Of a DNA stretch of 64,000 nucleotides, positions 27,301-39,300 are shown one piece after another. Each line of letters opens with the position of its first letter. Positions within the stretch are counted from its first letter, which is position 1. Origin of the DNA: Callorhinchus milii (lineage: Eukaryota); NCBI RefSeq assembly GCF_018977255.1, contig NW_024704759.1, positions 7,688,001-7,752,000 on the forward strand, read 5' to 3'. A program made the position numbers and the translations under genes. The notes beneath the pieces were generated by a model that was not told the origin of the DNA, searched no databases, and saw only the letters and a list, made by a program, of their open reading frames with translations.

Positions 27301-30300
27301 AAAGTTACACTGATATAGCATTTGCATACATACTTGGATTCTGAATGGATCTATAACACTACCCACTCTTCCAACTCAGGGACGCTATGGATTCAGTCAC
27401 ATCTCTCTACAACAAGGTTGAGGAGGGTGTCCATACGCTGGTGACAAAGTCCAATTGGTGTTTGCAGCACTTAGAGTTCTTAAAGGTTCTGAGGACGCTG
27501 GAGGAAAAAATCCAAAAGGTCTGGCATTAGTTATTCATCTGCATTGTGAAAAATTGACTGTACTTTCCTGTTTATTCTTTGAGATACAACAAAAATATTG
27601 CTACAGTAGTAAAAAATCTCTGAATAACATAACTGGTTAATGCATGTAGGTTACAGTCTTGACGACAATAGTGACTTTTCTCAGGTCACTTTGCAGCCAG
27701 CAGTGCAACTGCATCAAAGTTCACATTTCTCTAGCGTGTATCATTTTGGGCTTAGAAACTGATAAGTACTGTGAATAGAACTCAGTTGACTGACATTGCT
27801 TCTCTCAGAACCATCCTGAAGGATTGTTTAGTAAGGACAACCCAGATCAGATTTCTGTCGAAGTTTGGGCATGTTGAGAGATGAGCTTTTCATTGCATCT
27901 GACCTGTGTCACACTGGACTGATGAAACACTCTCGCTGGTTACAATGGGTGAAAAATGTTCCAATCTCAACACCCTCATCCCTCGTCTTGATAATTTTGC
28001 CCGTTTGGAGATTGACACTCACCCATATATCCACACTCCCAGGACCACACACGATTAGGCCACAAGGCCACGACTGTGTGATTGGTTGGAGCCCGCACAT
28101 ACTGCTTGTCATTTCAAAGAGATGTAGTATTTTTCTAATCCATTTGTCTCTTGCGCTTGAAAAATGAGGAAGCCGAAAAGCAGAAGTAGAAATAGCATCT
28201 CTACTCTTATTAAACACAGATTGACTGAAGGGGGAAAAAAATACCATAGTATTTTACAGGTGAAAGCCAAGTAAATAGATCAAAAGACTATAAAGGATAA
28301 GAATGAATAGGAAAAAAAGGTGGCAAGAAATACAGAATTCAATTGTGTGGAGTCCCGTAGCGTAGAGATTAGAGTGCTCGCCTCCCAAGATGTGAAAAGG
28401 AAAAATTATTTTTTTATGAATCCCTGTTAAAAAAACAATAAAACTAATAAATATAATAATCCTTGTATTTGATATAGCTCCCTTATTATGCCATCAAGAC
28501 GTCTCAAAGTGCTTCACGGGAGTTTACTGTAAAGCGATGGACTATGTGTATTTTGTGAGGGTAATAGAATTCTTTCTGATTTTGTGTAGGGACAATAACC
28601 AAGCAAATGTTTAGAAATGCAGTGTTTTTAGAGGGTGAGTGAGGGAAGGCTGAAAGTGCTGGATGAGAGAAGGGGCTTTTTGAGTTCATGGCACAGATCA
28701 GCCAAGGAGCTTTGACAACTCCTAATATGCTTTCACAGTGACTGCACCTTATTAATCCAAATTGTGCTGCTGTTGCATAAAATAGTCCAGAATTGCTCTT
28801 TCAAGTCAACCCATAATGATGTTAAATTATAATATTGCTCATTATCATTTCACACATTATTAAAACCAGAAGCAAAGTGCATTAAAATTGATTAAAATGT
28901 ACTTAATTTAATTTAGACTTTGACAGTAAATTCAATAACTAGGTAATTCTTCATCACTCCTTCATTTTCTGTGCAGCTCAACGACTGGATTCTTTCTGAA
29001 GGTGAATCCTGTGTGAAGGACTCTGACTCCAGTGAAGATTCTCTCGATGCCATACAGCAAACACAGCAAAGATTCAGTGACCTCTTTTCGCTGGTCACAG
29101 TAAGTCATCTCTTTTACCATTTATTGGGCTACAGTCACATCTCTCCTCAAGTTCATACTCTGAGTGGGGAGAAAATTTAAAAGTATTCTTGAGTGTCCAG
29201 AATATTGCAAATTGATGAATTCAGTCTTAATTATGAAGCCTGTTTTCTGCAATTTCCTAAAAAGAAACTTCAAAATTAACAATAACTTGCATTCATATCA
29301 GCGCCCCTCATGCAGAGTAGCATAACCGGAGCCCCTGACAGTGGCGGAACATGACACAGAGCTGGGGTGCTAGAGAGGGTGAAAGGTGACCCTAGGTACT
29401 GTAGTAGAGGAAAGTCTCCAGGCGCGACCGAAAATGGGGAAGGAGTAGCAAGGTGAAGGGATACAGGTAGAGTGTTTCAGAGTTTCGGGGTGTAGTAGTG
29501 TAAGTTTTAAATTAAGACTGGATTTAAGAAATTGTCGTAGTCTGGATGCTCTGAAATGCCAAGGAATAGAATAAGTCTCGACCCAGGTGAAATTTCAACC
29601 CATATGAGCCATTCTCACGCTATTTTGCTACACGATCCTCGTACCCTTAATCTTCCTCTTCTTCAAGCATCTGTTAAATTTCCCATTAAAATAACAGATG
29701 GACCCTTCTTCAAATGGAGAAAAACTCCGGCGAAGTTTTGATGGATCAGATGTGTTTCTGTATTGTAAGATTCTATGAAACACTGATTTTGTTTGAAGCA
29801 AATTCTTTGCCGCTCACTTAATTTTGCCCACAAAATATACAGCCAATTCACTTTACAGTATATTCTGTGAAGCACTTTGAGTCGTCTCAAAGACACGATA
29901 AGACACCATGTCAAATGCAAGGCTTATTATCATAATTTCACTTATTCAATTGCTTTTGTGCTACCTTTGTATCCATATACACTGGTTGAAATTCCGCCTG
30001 AGTGAGAAAGTTTCACATTCCAACCAACCCTCTGTTTTCTAACCTACCCTCTTTGTTGTCTTTTTTTATTATCTGAAATGTATGCCTTTTTTTTTACTGA
30101 CTTGCCCAACAGTGGAAATAACCTACTGTTTCCCAACCCTTCCTTGCCTTGAAGACCTCTATCAGGTCACCCCCATATCCTTCTGCTGATATAAAGCTGA
30201 TTTATTCTGGCTTGAATGCACCAGTATGTGGTCTACTTCTCTTCAACCTTATCACCATTCAAACCATAGAAAGAATACCACAAGGGTTTAGAGCTGCTCC

Positions 30301-33300
30301 GAGAAGCTGATCAATTGAACGGTTCATCGTATCCTGAGTTTCCAGCCTTCAGGGAAATGGTGGAAACCTTCAAAGTGCGCATGAATAATCTTCAAACAAG
30401 AGCAAAGAGACGTCAAGAGGAGTTGGAGGCCCTGGTTCATCTGTACGCCTTCTGTGAGCAGGTCTGTACCTGGGGCCTGGTGCTCAGCAGGAAGCTTATG
30501 CTGCTTTTATACCACGGAAGCGATCGATCAGAGATCTAGTATCAGAGATTCCGATTAAATAAAAACACCAGTGTTGCTGGCCATCTCAACAATAATCAGG
30601 CAGATCTGAGGAGGTTTCTCTCCAGATGGAGCTAATTAATGCTAATTATTCCTTTAAGCTATGCCGAATTCTGGTTAATTTTTTTTAAGAGCATTGACGA
30701 GACAGGACTGTGACTGTCTCTAATAAAAAGTTTATTGTTCCATTTATTGTGAGTCAAACAGTAATGCTTGGCTGGGGCATTATTGTTCCCCCAGTCACAC
30801 TCTGCAGTGATTGTGGGTTTTACCACAGCTCATTTGTTTTTCTGTCTGTATGTTCATTCCCAGGTGTTAATCCTTGCATTGGAGATGTTGTTGTCTGTTG
30901 GCTGATATACAACATACTGTCTACACGCAAGGAACTGAAAGTCAGAAATTCTACTTGCTGCACATGTAATAACTTTGACTACGTGTGGTAACGTGGGCTC
31001 AGCATTTGTCTTAGCTCTTATTGCCAGTCTCACTCCCCTTGGCAGCATTATATAATAACGCATGTTAATAATTACATGTTTTAGAATATTATGATCACCT
31101 CCCATGTGGTATTTTGATGACGTTTATTCTGGAAGTGCATTGCTAATATTTCGGATCGCCTCATACTATTTCAGGCGACACGGTTTGCAGCGGAGTGCAA
31201 GCACTACCTCAGGCAGCTGGACGTCGGGATGCCCAAAGTGCCCAGATCGGCCGTGCTGCAGCAGCTCGAGGGTTACCAGCAGAGGTTTGGAGAATTCTCT
31301 GAGGACAAGTTCCAGCAGACGAAAGTCCGGATTTCCGGCCTGAACAGCACCAAGGGCACAAAGGTATGGAACATGACCTGGCTGAAGTGTCAGGAGGTCA
31401 GGCAACTCCTGGAAGAAAAGCTGGAGATTTGCAGGAAGGCTTTAAGAGATGGTAACGATCATTGCACTGGTGACAAGAAATCACCAGGGGACAAGGTCCA
31501 AGAGGGCAGTGATAACCCAGCTACAAACTCCATTAATAACTCTGGTGACTCCATAACTCCAGAGGATGTAAGTTGGAAGAGAGAGAAAGACAATCAGCCC
31601 CAGCCTATGAAGAGAGTTCATAACTATAACGAAAACACAACCAGTACGCAAGATGTGGTTCATTCATCAAGTGGAATACCGATAATCTCTTCAACCTTTA
31701 ATTGGCCCCTGTGGCTCCGTGCATCGCAAGGGTTGAACAGAGATAGTGGAACACAGTTCTGTTCTTTGCCCTCTTACACAGATGCCATCTTTTCTCCTCC
31801 TATCCGACGCAAAAGCTTTCCTTCCAGAAAGATCATGCAGGCGGCACAAGGCTTTCAGCTGTCAAGGCACCAGAGTTTCTGCTCTGAAGACGGAGGACCT
31901 AAGAACACTAAGCTGGTCGACAACAATAATTACCCCTCTCCCCATGTCAGCCCAATGCTGAGCCAGACTCAAGGACCAAACTTGTTACTTGGGACGATCC
32001 AGGAACCAACGACAGAAACAAAAAGACATTGCTGGTGAGAGCAGAACATACATACACACAATAATACACTTGTAGATGGAGAGTCTAGGTTTACACTCTT
32101 TGTGTTTGAGTCACTGTCACATCGAGACTTATTCTTGCTCCCTCTTTGTCTCTTGGTCATTTCAAGCACTAAACTGCAGCGAATCATGGAGGAGATGCTG
32201 ATCACAGAGAGGAAGTACGTGCGCTCTCTCGGTTACATCATCGCTCACTACTTCCCCGAAATGGAGCGGCCAGATCTGCCCCAAGACCTCCGGGGCCAGC
32301 GAGCGACCATCTTTGGGAACCTGGAGAAGCTGCATGACTTCCACAGCCAGTACTTTCTGAAGGAGCTGGAGGCCTGTGTACAAGATCCCATTAGCGTCGG
32401 CCACAGCTTCCTCAGATATGTGAGTTACCCTCCAGATTGATATACAGTCAGTTTATGTTACGGTGTTTCCTGTGAAGGGCTTTGAGACATCTCAAAGACC
32501 TGACAAGGTGCTACATCAAATGCAAGGATTATTATCATTATTTATTGATGTTATTGGTCAGCTGGGTGTGTGAAGCACGCGGAAACCCATTACCACGCTC
32601 ATTTAACAAAACAGCTTGATCCTGTGATGGTGGTGGGGGGTGAGCGGGGTTCTGGAGTGATGAGATCGGGTGGGCTGAGAGCCTTCTTCCTCCAGACCAA
32701 AGATCCGTCTGCCTGCTCAGGCAGGCGTTGCAGATCTTATTCATGGTTCAATGAGAGAAGAGAAAAGAGAAAAGAGTTTCTCCTGTGTCCAGGCCAACAA
32801 CCCTCAGGAAAATGAATCGTTCATTCCAGGATTGTTTGTGTGGAGAATTGGCTGTGGCACATACAAATATACAGTCACTACACTTACTGTGAAATCCTGT
32901 GAAACACTTTGAAACATCCAGTAATGTAATAAGGCCCTATATCAAATTCAAGGATTATTATTATTATAATGTAAGGGTCAACAAGTGTGCTTTTAACAAG
33001 TGCTTCGATCTCCCTCTGTTCTCGCTCTTAGGAGGAGCAATTTGCCCTGTATGCGTTGTACAGCAAGAACAAGCCTCAATCGGATTTCCTGCTCAGCAGT
33101 CATGGCAACACTTTCTTCAGGGTAAATACTGGAATCACACTATCAGGGCTCACAATTCCATCCAATTTCATACAGACAGCCGTTTTGTCTTAGGATTCAA
33201 GATTCCACAAAATGTTACGGAAAATTCTTCAATTCATTCTTAATTTATAAGCATTTTTGTTTCAGAACTGCGGAAAATCAACTTCCAAATTAAGGTGAAG

Positions 33301-36300
33301 ATGTTCATACCTATTTCACTTCAACCCTTCCACTCCATGACCCTTGCACTTCAGCCTGAGATGGACTCTAGTCCAGTTGCCTGAGGAGGACTGTGAGCTT
33401 AGCCCTCCACACCCCTCCCCCACCTTTACGTACCCCTATTCAACCCCTTTTGATGTAAATGCTGAGTTGGAACAATAACAAAGGAATACTGAATCTGTGC
33501 TCCTCTTTTACACTTCCTCTCCAAGTCTACAATGCTAAGGGAACTTTACAGAGTTCTCTCATATAACTTCCTTCACGACCAGTAACTCCCTACCTCTCTG
33601 ATCTTCTTGTGCCCCATTCTTCTGCCTACCCCCTCCAAGCCACTGCTCTGAGATGCTAGTGAAGGACACTATATAAATGCAAGTTGTTGCTGAAAGAAAA
33701 TCAGGGTGACCGTTTGTGGCATTTTGTAACCCATTCCTTATGGTAACAAGGAATTGTATTTTGCCATGTTTCACTGTGTGTTCCTTTAGGATAACAGAAG
33801 GCATGCACAGTGAAACATTTCAAATTACGCCCGGTTAACTAGGTATGTATTCAGGTTCCTGATGCATGGAATTTAAAGAAGCAAGAGACTTGTATTGAAA
33901 AGTTACTGGGCTAACTTCAGCATTGAAATGGTTAACCTCCCCACTTCTTCTTCTTCCTTGGCAGTCTAAACAGCTGGAGCTGGGAGATAAGATGGACTTG
34001 GCTTCCTACCTGCTGAAACCCATCCAGAGAATCAGCAAATACAACTTACTTCTGAAGGACATGATCAAAGAGTGTGGGACAGCCCAGAGCCAGGAGCGAA
34101 AGGAACTTCTCGTAGCTCATGAGATCGTCCGCTTCCAGCTTCGACATGGAAACGACCTACTTGCCATGGACGATATACAGGAATGTGATGTAAGTGTTGC
34201 TTCACTTCCGCCCATTCTGACTAGGTAGGCACAGTGTGTCCCTCTGTGGAGAGACAGAAAGGGACCATTTGTTTCCAGGCAAAGAGAAGTTTCCATGCAC
34301 ATGTTGACCTTTCAGTCTGGTTTCGATACTGTCATTTGAAATCTTACTCAGTTCTATATAGTTCCCTTTGAGATGTCCCTTTCAAGGCTTTTCCATTCAT
34401 TGCTCAAAAGCAAACATGGAGCTTCCATTCAATTTCGAAGATTACACAAAACACTTGTTGTAAAGCCCTCAATGTGCAAGATTGGCTCTAATTTGTTATG
34501 CTGCAATTTAAACCCTTCCTGTATGATAGAACACAGAAAAAAGCCGAATCCTAATGGCAGAAAATCTATTCCCAGGTGAACCTGAAGGAACAAGGCCAAC
34601 TCTTACGTCAAGATGAATTCATCATATGGTACGGACGAAAGAAATTGTACAGGCACGTCTTTCTCTTTGAAGACCTTATACTCTTCAGCAAGACCAAGAA
34701 AACAGAGGGAAGCAATGACATCTACATTTACAAGCAATCTTTTAAGGTACTAAGAATGTTTTTCAATCTAGAATTGTCCGCTACTGAAAGCTGAACTAAC
34801 CTGAAGTGGATAACACTGTAATGTAACACATTTACATCAATTGCATTAATGTAGTATAGAATTATATCTGTACATCAAATATCTGATTAGGTAATGTTGA
34901 TTCTATTTGTTAGACGTTCTCGCGTGAAAATTCTTCATTTTCCCAGGGATAAGCCCAAGCAAAGTAGATTTGGATGAAAAGCTTGTTTCTCCCTGATGGA
35001 TTAGATTTAATGCATGCTCTGTGTTGCTTATATGTTTTAGACATCCGAAATAGGAATAACGCACAACTCCGGTGAGAGTGGGTTGCGCTTTGAAATTTGG
35101 TTTAGGCGGCAGAAATCCCAGGATACCTATATATTACACTCCCCATCTCCCGAGGTGAAGCAAGCCTGGATAGAAGACTTGGAGAGAATACTGTGGAACC
35201 AAGCCTTGAGGAACAGAGGTCAGTAAACTAATGTGAAGGATGCACTGAAATAAATATATACTAAAGATAGAAAGTCATTAACAATCCTAGGGTTCAGATT
35301 CAATACTCTCGTACACTTCTAATATTTACATTGTATACATTTTTTTACTTTGTTGGGAAAGTGTCATACGTTTGGTGATTTTTCTTGGACGCACTTGTGT
35401 TTGGATTAACTGAGTACAGGATTCAGGCTTTCTCCTTAATGCAGAACCTTCTTGAATGCTGTCTATTCACCCTCATAATTGTCACCTATCTTCCAAGTCA
35501 TAGAGTGGCTTTATATCTGGGGAACGGAGCAAATCCAACTCTGCAATTCAATCTCTTTCTAAGATGATTTTCCAACCCAAAAAATTTGCAAGTATTTCCC
35601 TGAATCGTAATTTTGTTTATTTTAATCTCACATGATGTTCTTTATCAATTGCCTTCTGAAAATGATATCTACCAGGAAATCGTGTCGATTTAAATAACTG
35701 CTAACAAAAAGCATTGTGTCTTGTACCCTCTATGGTGAGAAAGTGATCTGGATGACACCTAACAACACTTTGAAACTTTTAAATTCTGTTTGCAAGTTTG
35801 CATCGTATTTAACCCTTTCTCCCCTGCAAATAATATATGGCATATTCTCCCTTGACTCAGCAAAGTGTTTGTATTTATGTCTCAAAATAGTAATGAGCAG
35901 GCAATTAACTATATTCTCCCTTCTGTTTAAATACAGGCTCTAAATTTTCTTTAATATCTTCTGAATCAAATTCCCACAATGGTTTTAAAGATAAATGCAC
36001 CATGTGGTATTGAACCACGTAGACTAAATATCTGATATTTTATCTCTGGTGAGTTAGCTGGTCTGTGTTGAGACAGTCATGGGTGGCGTTATACTTGGCA
36101 TCTCTGGTCTGCGGAGAAAGGGAAATGATCAGTTTTTCTCATTCTCGATTGCTACCCAGCCATCGTTGCGGCAACTGTGTCTGTTTGGTGTTGGGGAAGC
36201 CAAAATTAAACTCTAACATGATGCCTTCATGGTTGAACGGGGTGCCAGTTCTAACTGGCCAAGCTAACGTGAAGAATGGAGGACTGGAGGGTTTCCAGTG

Positions 36301-39300
36301 TCTGTATCTGCACACTTGCGTGTTTTACTATCTTCAGGAAAAAAGGGACAAGGCAAGAAAAATGACTCCAGGCCTATTTTGAATGTGTTAACCTGACCAT
36401 AAAGCATGGAGCTGTCACTCTGTCCATTAATAAAGACATAGCATTGTAAAATCCCAGGACTTTATTCATCCCAGAGGTTCACTGTGCTGAAGCCTTTCTG
36501 TCTACCTTGTCTGGTAATGATTGCAGAATGGTTTGAGACATTTTGCTGTGATAAGCTGCCATTATTTTGGGTTTGGGTGGGGGGCAGTCAGATATCTGAC
36601 ATGTGCAGAAATCCATCACCATGCTTAAGAGTATCCAAACCAAGCTGCCATAAAAATGCAAGTTCTTTCTAGTCTTATCTGCTAGTCTCGAGATAAACCA
36701 GGTATATAGCATTGACTGAGAATCATGCCTGAGCTAAAAGGACAGTCTACAGCCTTTCAAAAAAAGTTTTCTATCGGAACACACAGGTAATGAATCAATG
36801 CCTGACTTAACTCTTTGAACATAACAGGGTGTTCACTAACTGGCATGGAGTGCATTATTATGCTTAAGTAATTTTTTCTAGTTTTTTTTCTCAAATATAA
36901 AAGCAGTCCCTATCAATTCTGAAATTCCTTCTTTAGAGCTTCGGATGCAGGAGAGGGTGTTTATGGGAATTGGCTGTAAGCCTTTTATGGACATCAAACC
37001 TAGCGAAGCGGCCATCAATGACCGAGCGGTTGACTGCGTCACAAAAGGGAAAGGTATGAGTTTAACACCCAGGTTAGCAAGCCTCTAAAGAGGGACTGCA
37101 CTGGACTGGAACACCCAGCATTTATTCACGCTTAGGCCTGAGTCTAAGCACAGGCCAAACAGACAGTGAAATCTTTCTCTCCATCAAGAAGATGATTTCA
37201 ACATAAAAACTTGCCTGTCCTTAAACTGCTCCTATTCCCCTTTCAGAGGCTACAACGTGTTACGGATGAGATTCTCACACTGGTGTAGCGGACCTTGCTC
37301 TAACCTTGTTGGGATTCAGGTGCTCTGTCAGAGAGGTTGCAGGGGAATTTGGGATTGGATCTGTCCTTTTCCACATTGACAAAGGGGGTGGGTGTGATGC
37401 ACTATGTGATGATATGTTTAGCGAAACATATGATGCTACAGTACTGGGATGATATTAATTTACAATGGAATTAAGTAGGTTGCCAGGCTGCAGCAACTCA
37501 AGGTCTTCACTTAAAGTTCCTTCAGGCCCGAGCACCTCCACATGTTGGTGATTTTCTTCCACCCGCCTCTGCTGCTTGCCCTCTCCACTCAACTAACTTG
37601 CTCACCCCCGTCTACTTGGCTAACCTGGGCCTGTCTGCTGCCCATTCACACCACCATCAGTGTCTCAGCAACTATGGCCTTAATCTCTTAGTCCTTCTTC
37701 TATCCCTTCATCTCACACTCCCCCTCTACTGGTCATTAAATACAAATGTCTTTAAATGGAATAAACTTGTTCTCACAATAATTATTTTATCTTTAATGCC
37801 TTTGATTTACAGCCCAGCGATTGCAAAAAGGACTCACACGTGCATTTTACTTAGACCGTTGAGTGAACTTCAACGACAACATAACATATTTTCCCCCTTT
37901 TATCTTTCAGACGCCAGAATGCCAACACTGCTAGCTGGGGCTGTTCTGGAACAGGCAAAAAGACCGAATTCCACTGGCTCCAATGGCAGTATCTGCTCTT
38001 CGGGCAGCCATGCTTCTTCTTCATCTTCAGGCTTCGGTTCCCTCAACATGCACCTTTACGCCTCTTCTCCATCCACCTCAGGAGGCACTGCTCTCATCAA
38101 TGGGGCTTTCTATAATATGCACATGCGCATTGATGAAGATGACTTGGAGTGTGACCCAGATGACAGGCGTAAGTGAACAAATCACAGCAAGTATGATTTA
38201 TGTGAAGAAATACTTCCTGGTCTCATAGCCCTAATACTTCATAGCCCTAATTGATGCCATTTTGTCCTGCTGCCTCAGTGTATCTGAAAGTCTTAATCTG
38301 TGTTTATTTTCTTCCAGTAAAGTACTGTCCCGCTTTCTTTGTCTGCAGCTGAGAGTTCAGAGACATCTTCCCAGTGCAACTCTGCAGAGAGCATGAGTGG
38401 CTTTAGCAGCTCGGAGCACAGCAGCCTTTCTCTCACTGGAGGAGACGCAGACGAGTTGTCTTCACTCTGCTCCTCGTCCTGCAAACCCATCTCAGATGTG
38501 TGCTCCCATAGTGCATCTCCATTCACAATCCCTGGAGCATCGAAAGAAGAGCAGCCATTTGGCCATTACCTGAAGAAAGTAAACATTCTGTGCAGTTTGC
38601 ACTTTTTCCTTAGTGCTCTGGGATGGTACCATGCGTGAGGGGCCCTATATATAAGGCAACTTGTTGTTGTTTCCTTATCTTAAATGACATGTGTTGATTT
38701 AGAAGAATGGAGAAATTAATTCAGTATTCTCATCTGTTGAGTTTTGTTAAACAATGGGGTGAAGTTTGTGTTATATCTTAACCAAGATATTCAGAGGCAT
38801 TTGATGCAGATTTGGAATTGCCCCTTCAAGGTGTTCTGTTTTCAGAGTGGGGTTCCTTCAATTCAGAACGTAACAGTTCTGGGAAGGAGTTTCTTAATTA
38901 TCAAATATTGTTAAGAAATAGTGCAAAATTGGCGCTTAATGTCTCCAAAGATTTCAGACTATTTTCTTTGATCTTCATTGGTTTTGTGTGTGTGGTGTGC
39001 ATGAGTGAGTGTATATGCACATAGATAGATTGCCACGTGCATCACTATTATATTCTTGCACATCATTTCACGTTTCGCCCACAAAATGCACAGTCAATTC
39101 ACTTTACAGTAAGTGCTTTGAAACATCTCAAAGACAAAATGCAAGGATTATTATAATTATCATTATCATGTATTTGTACAATTGGATTCTGCCTGTTCAG
39201 GTGAATGTTAAAGATATCATGGAACTATTTGAAAAAGAAGGGATTCTCTCCTAATGTCCTAGCCACCAGTCCCTCAGATAAAATTCATCATTCACTTCAT

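Noticed and set aside
37598-37910. N-terminal part of the 192-aa ORF
   Set aside because: Intronic read-through upstream of the 37910 acceptor, low complexity.
38223-38251. Direct repeat tcatagccctaat x2
   Set aside because: A simple 16-bp slippage duplication in an intron.
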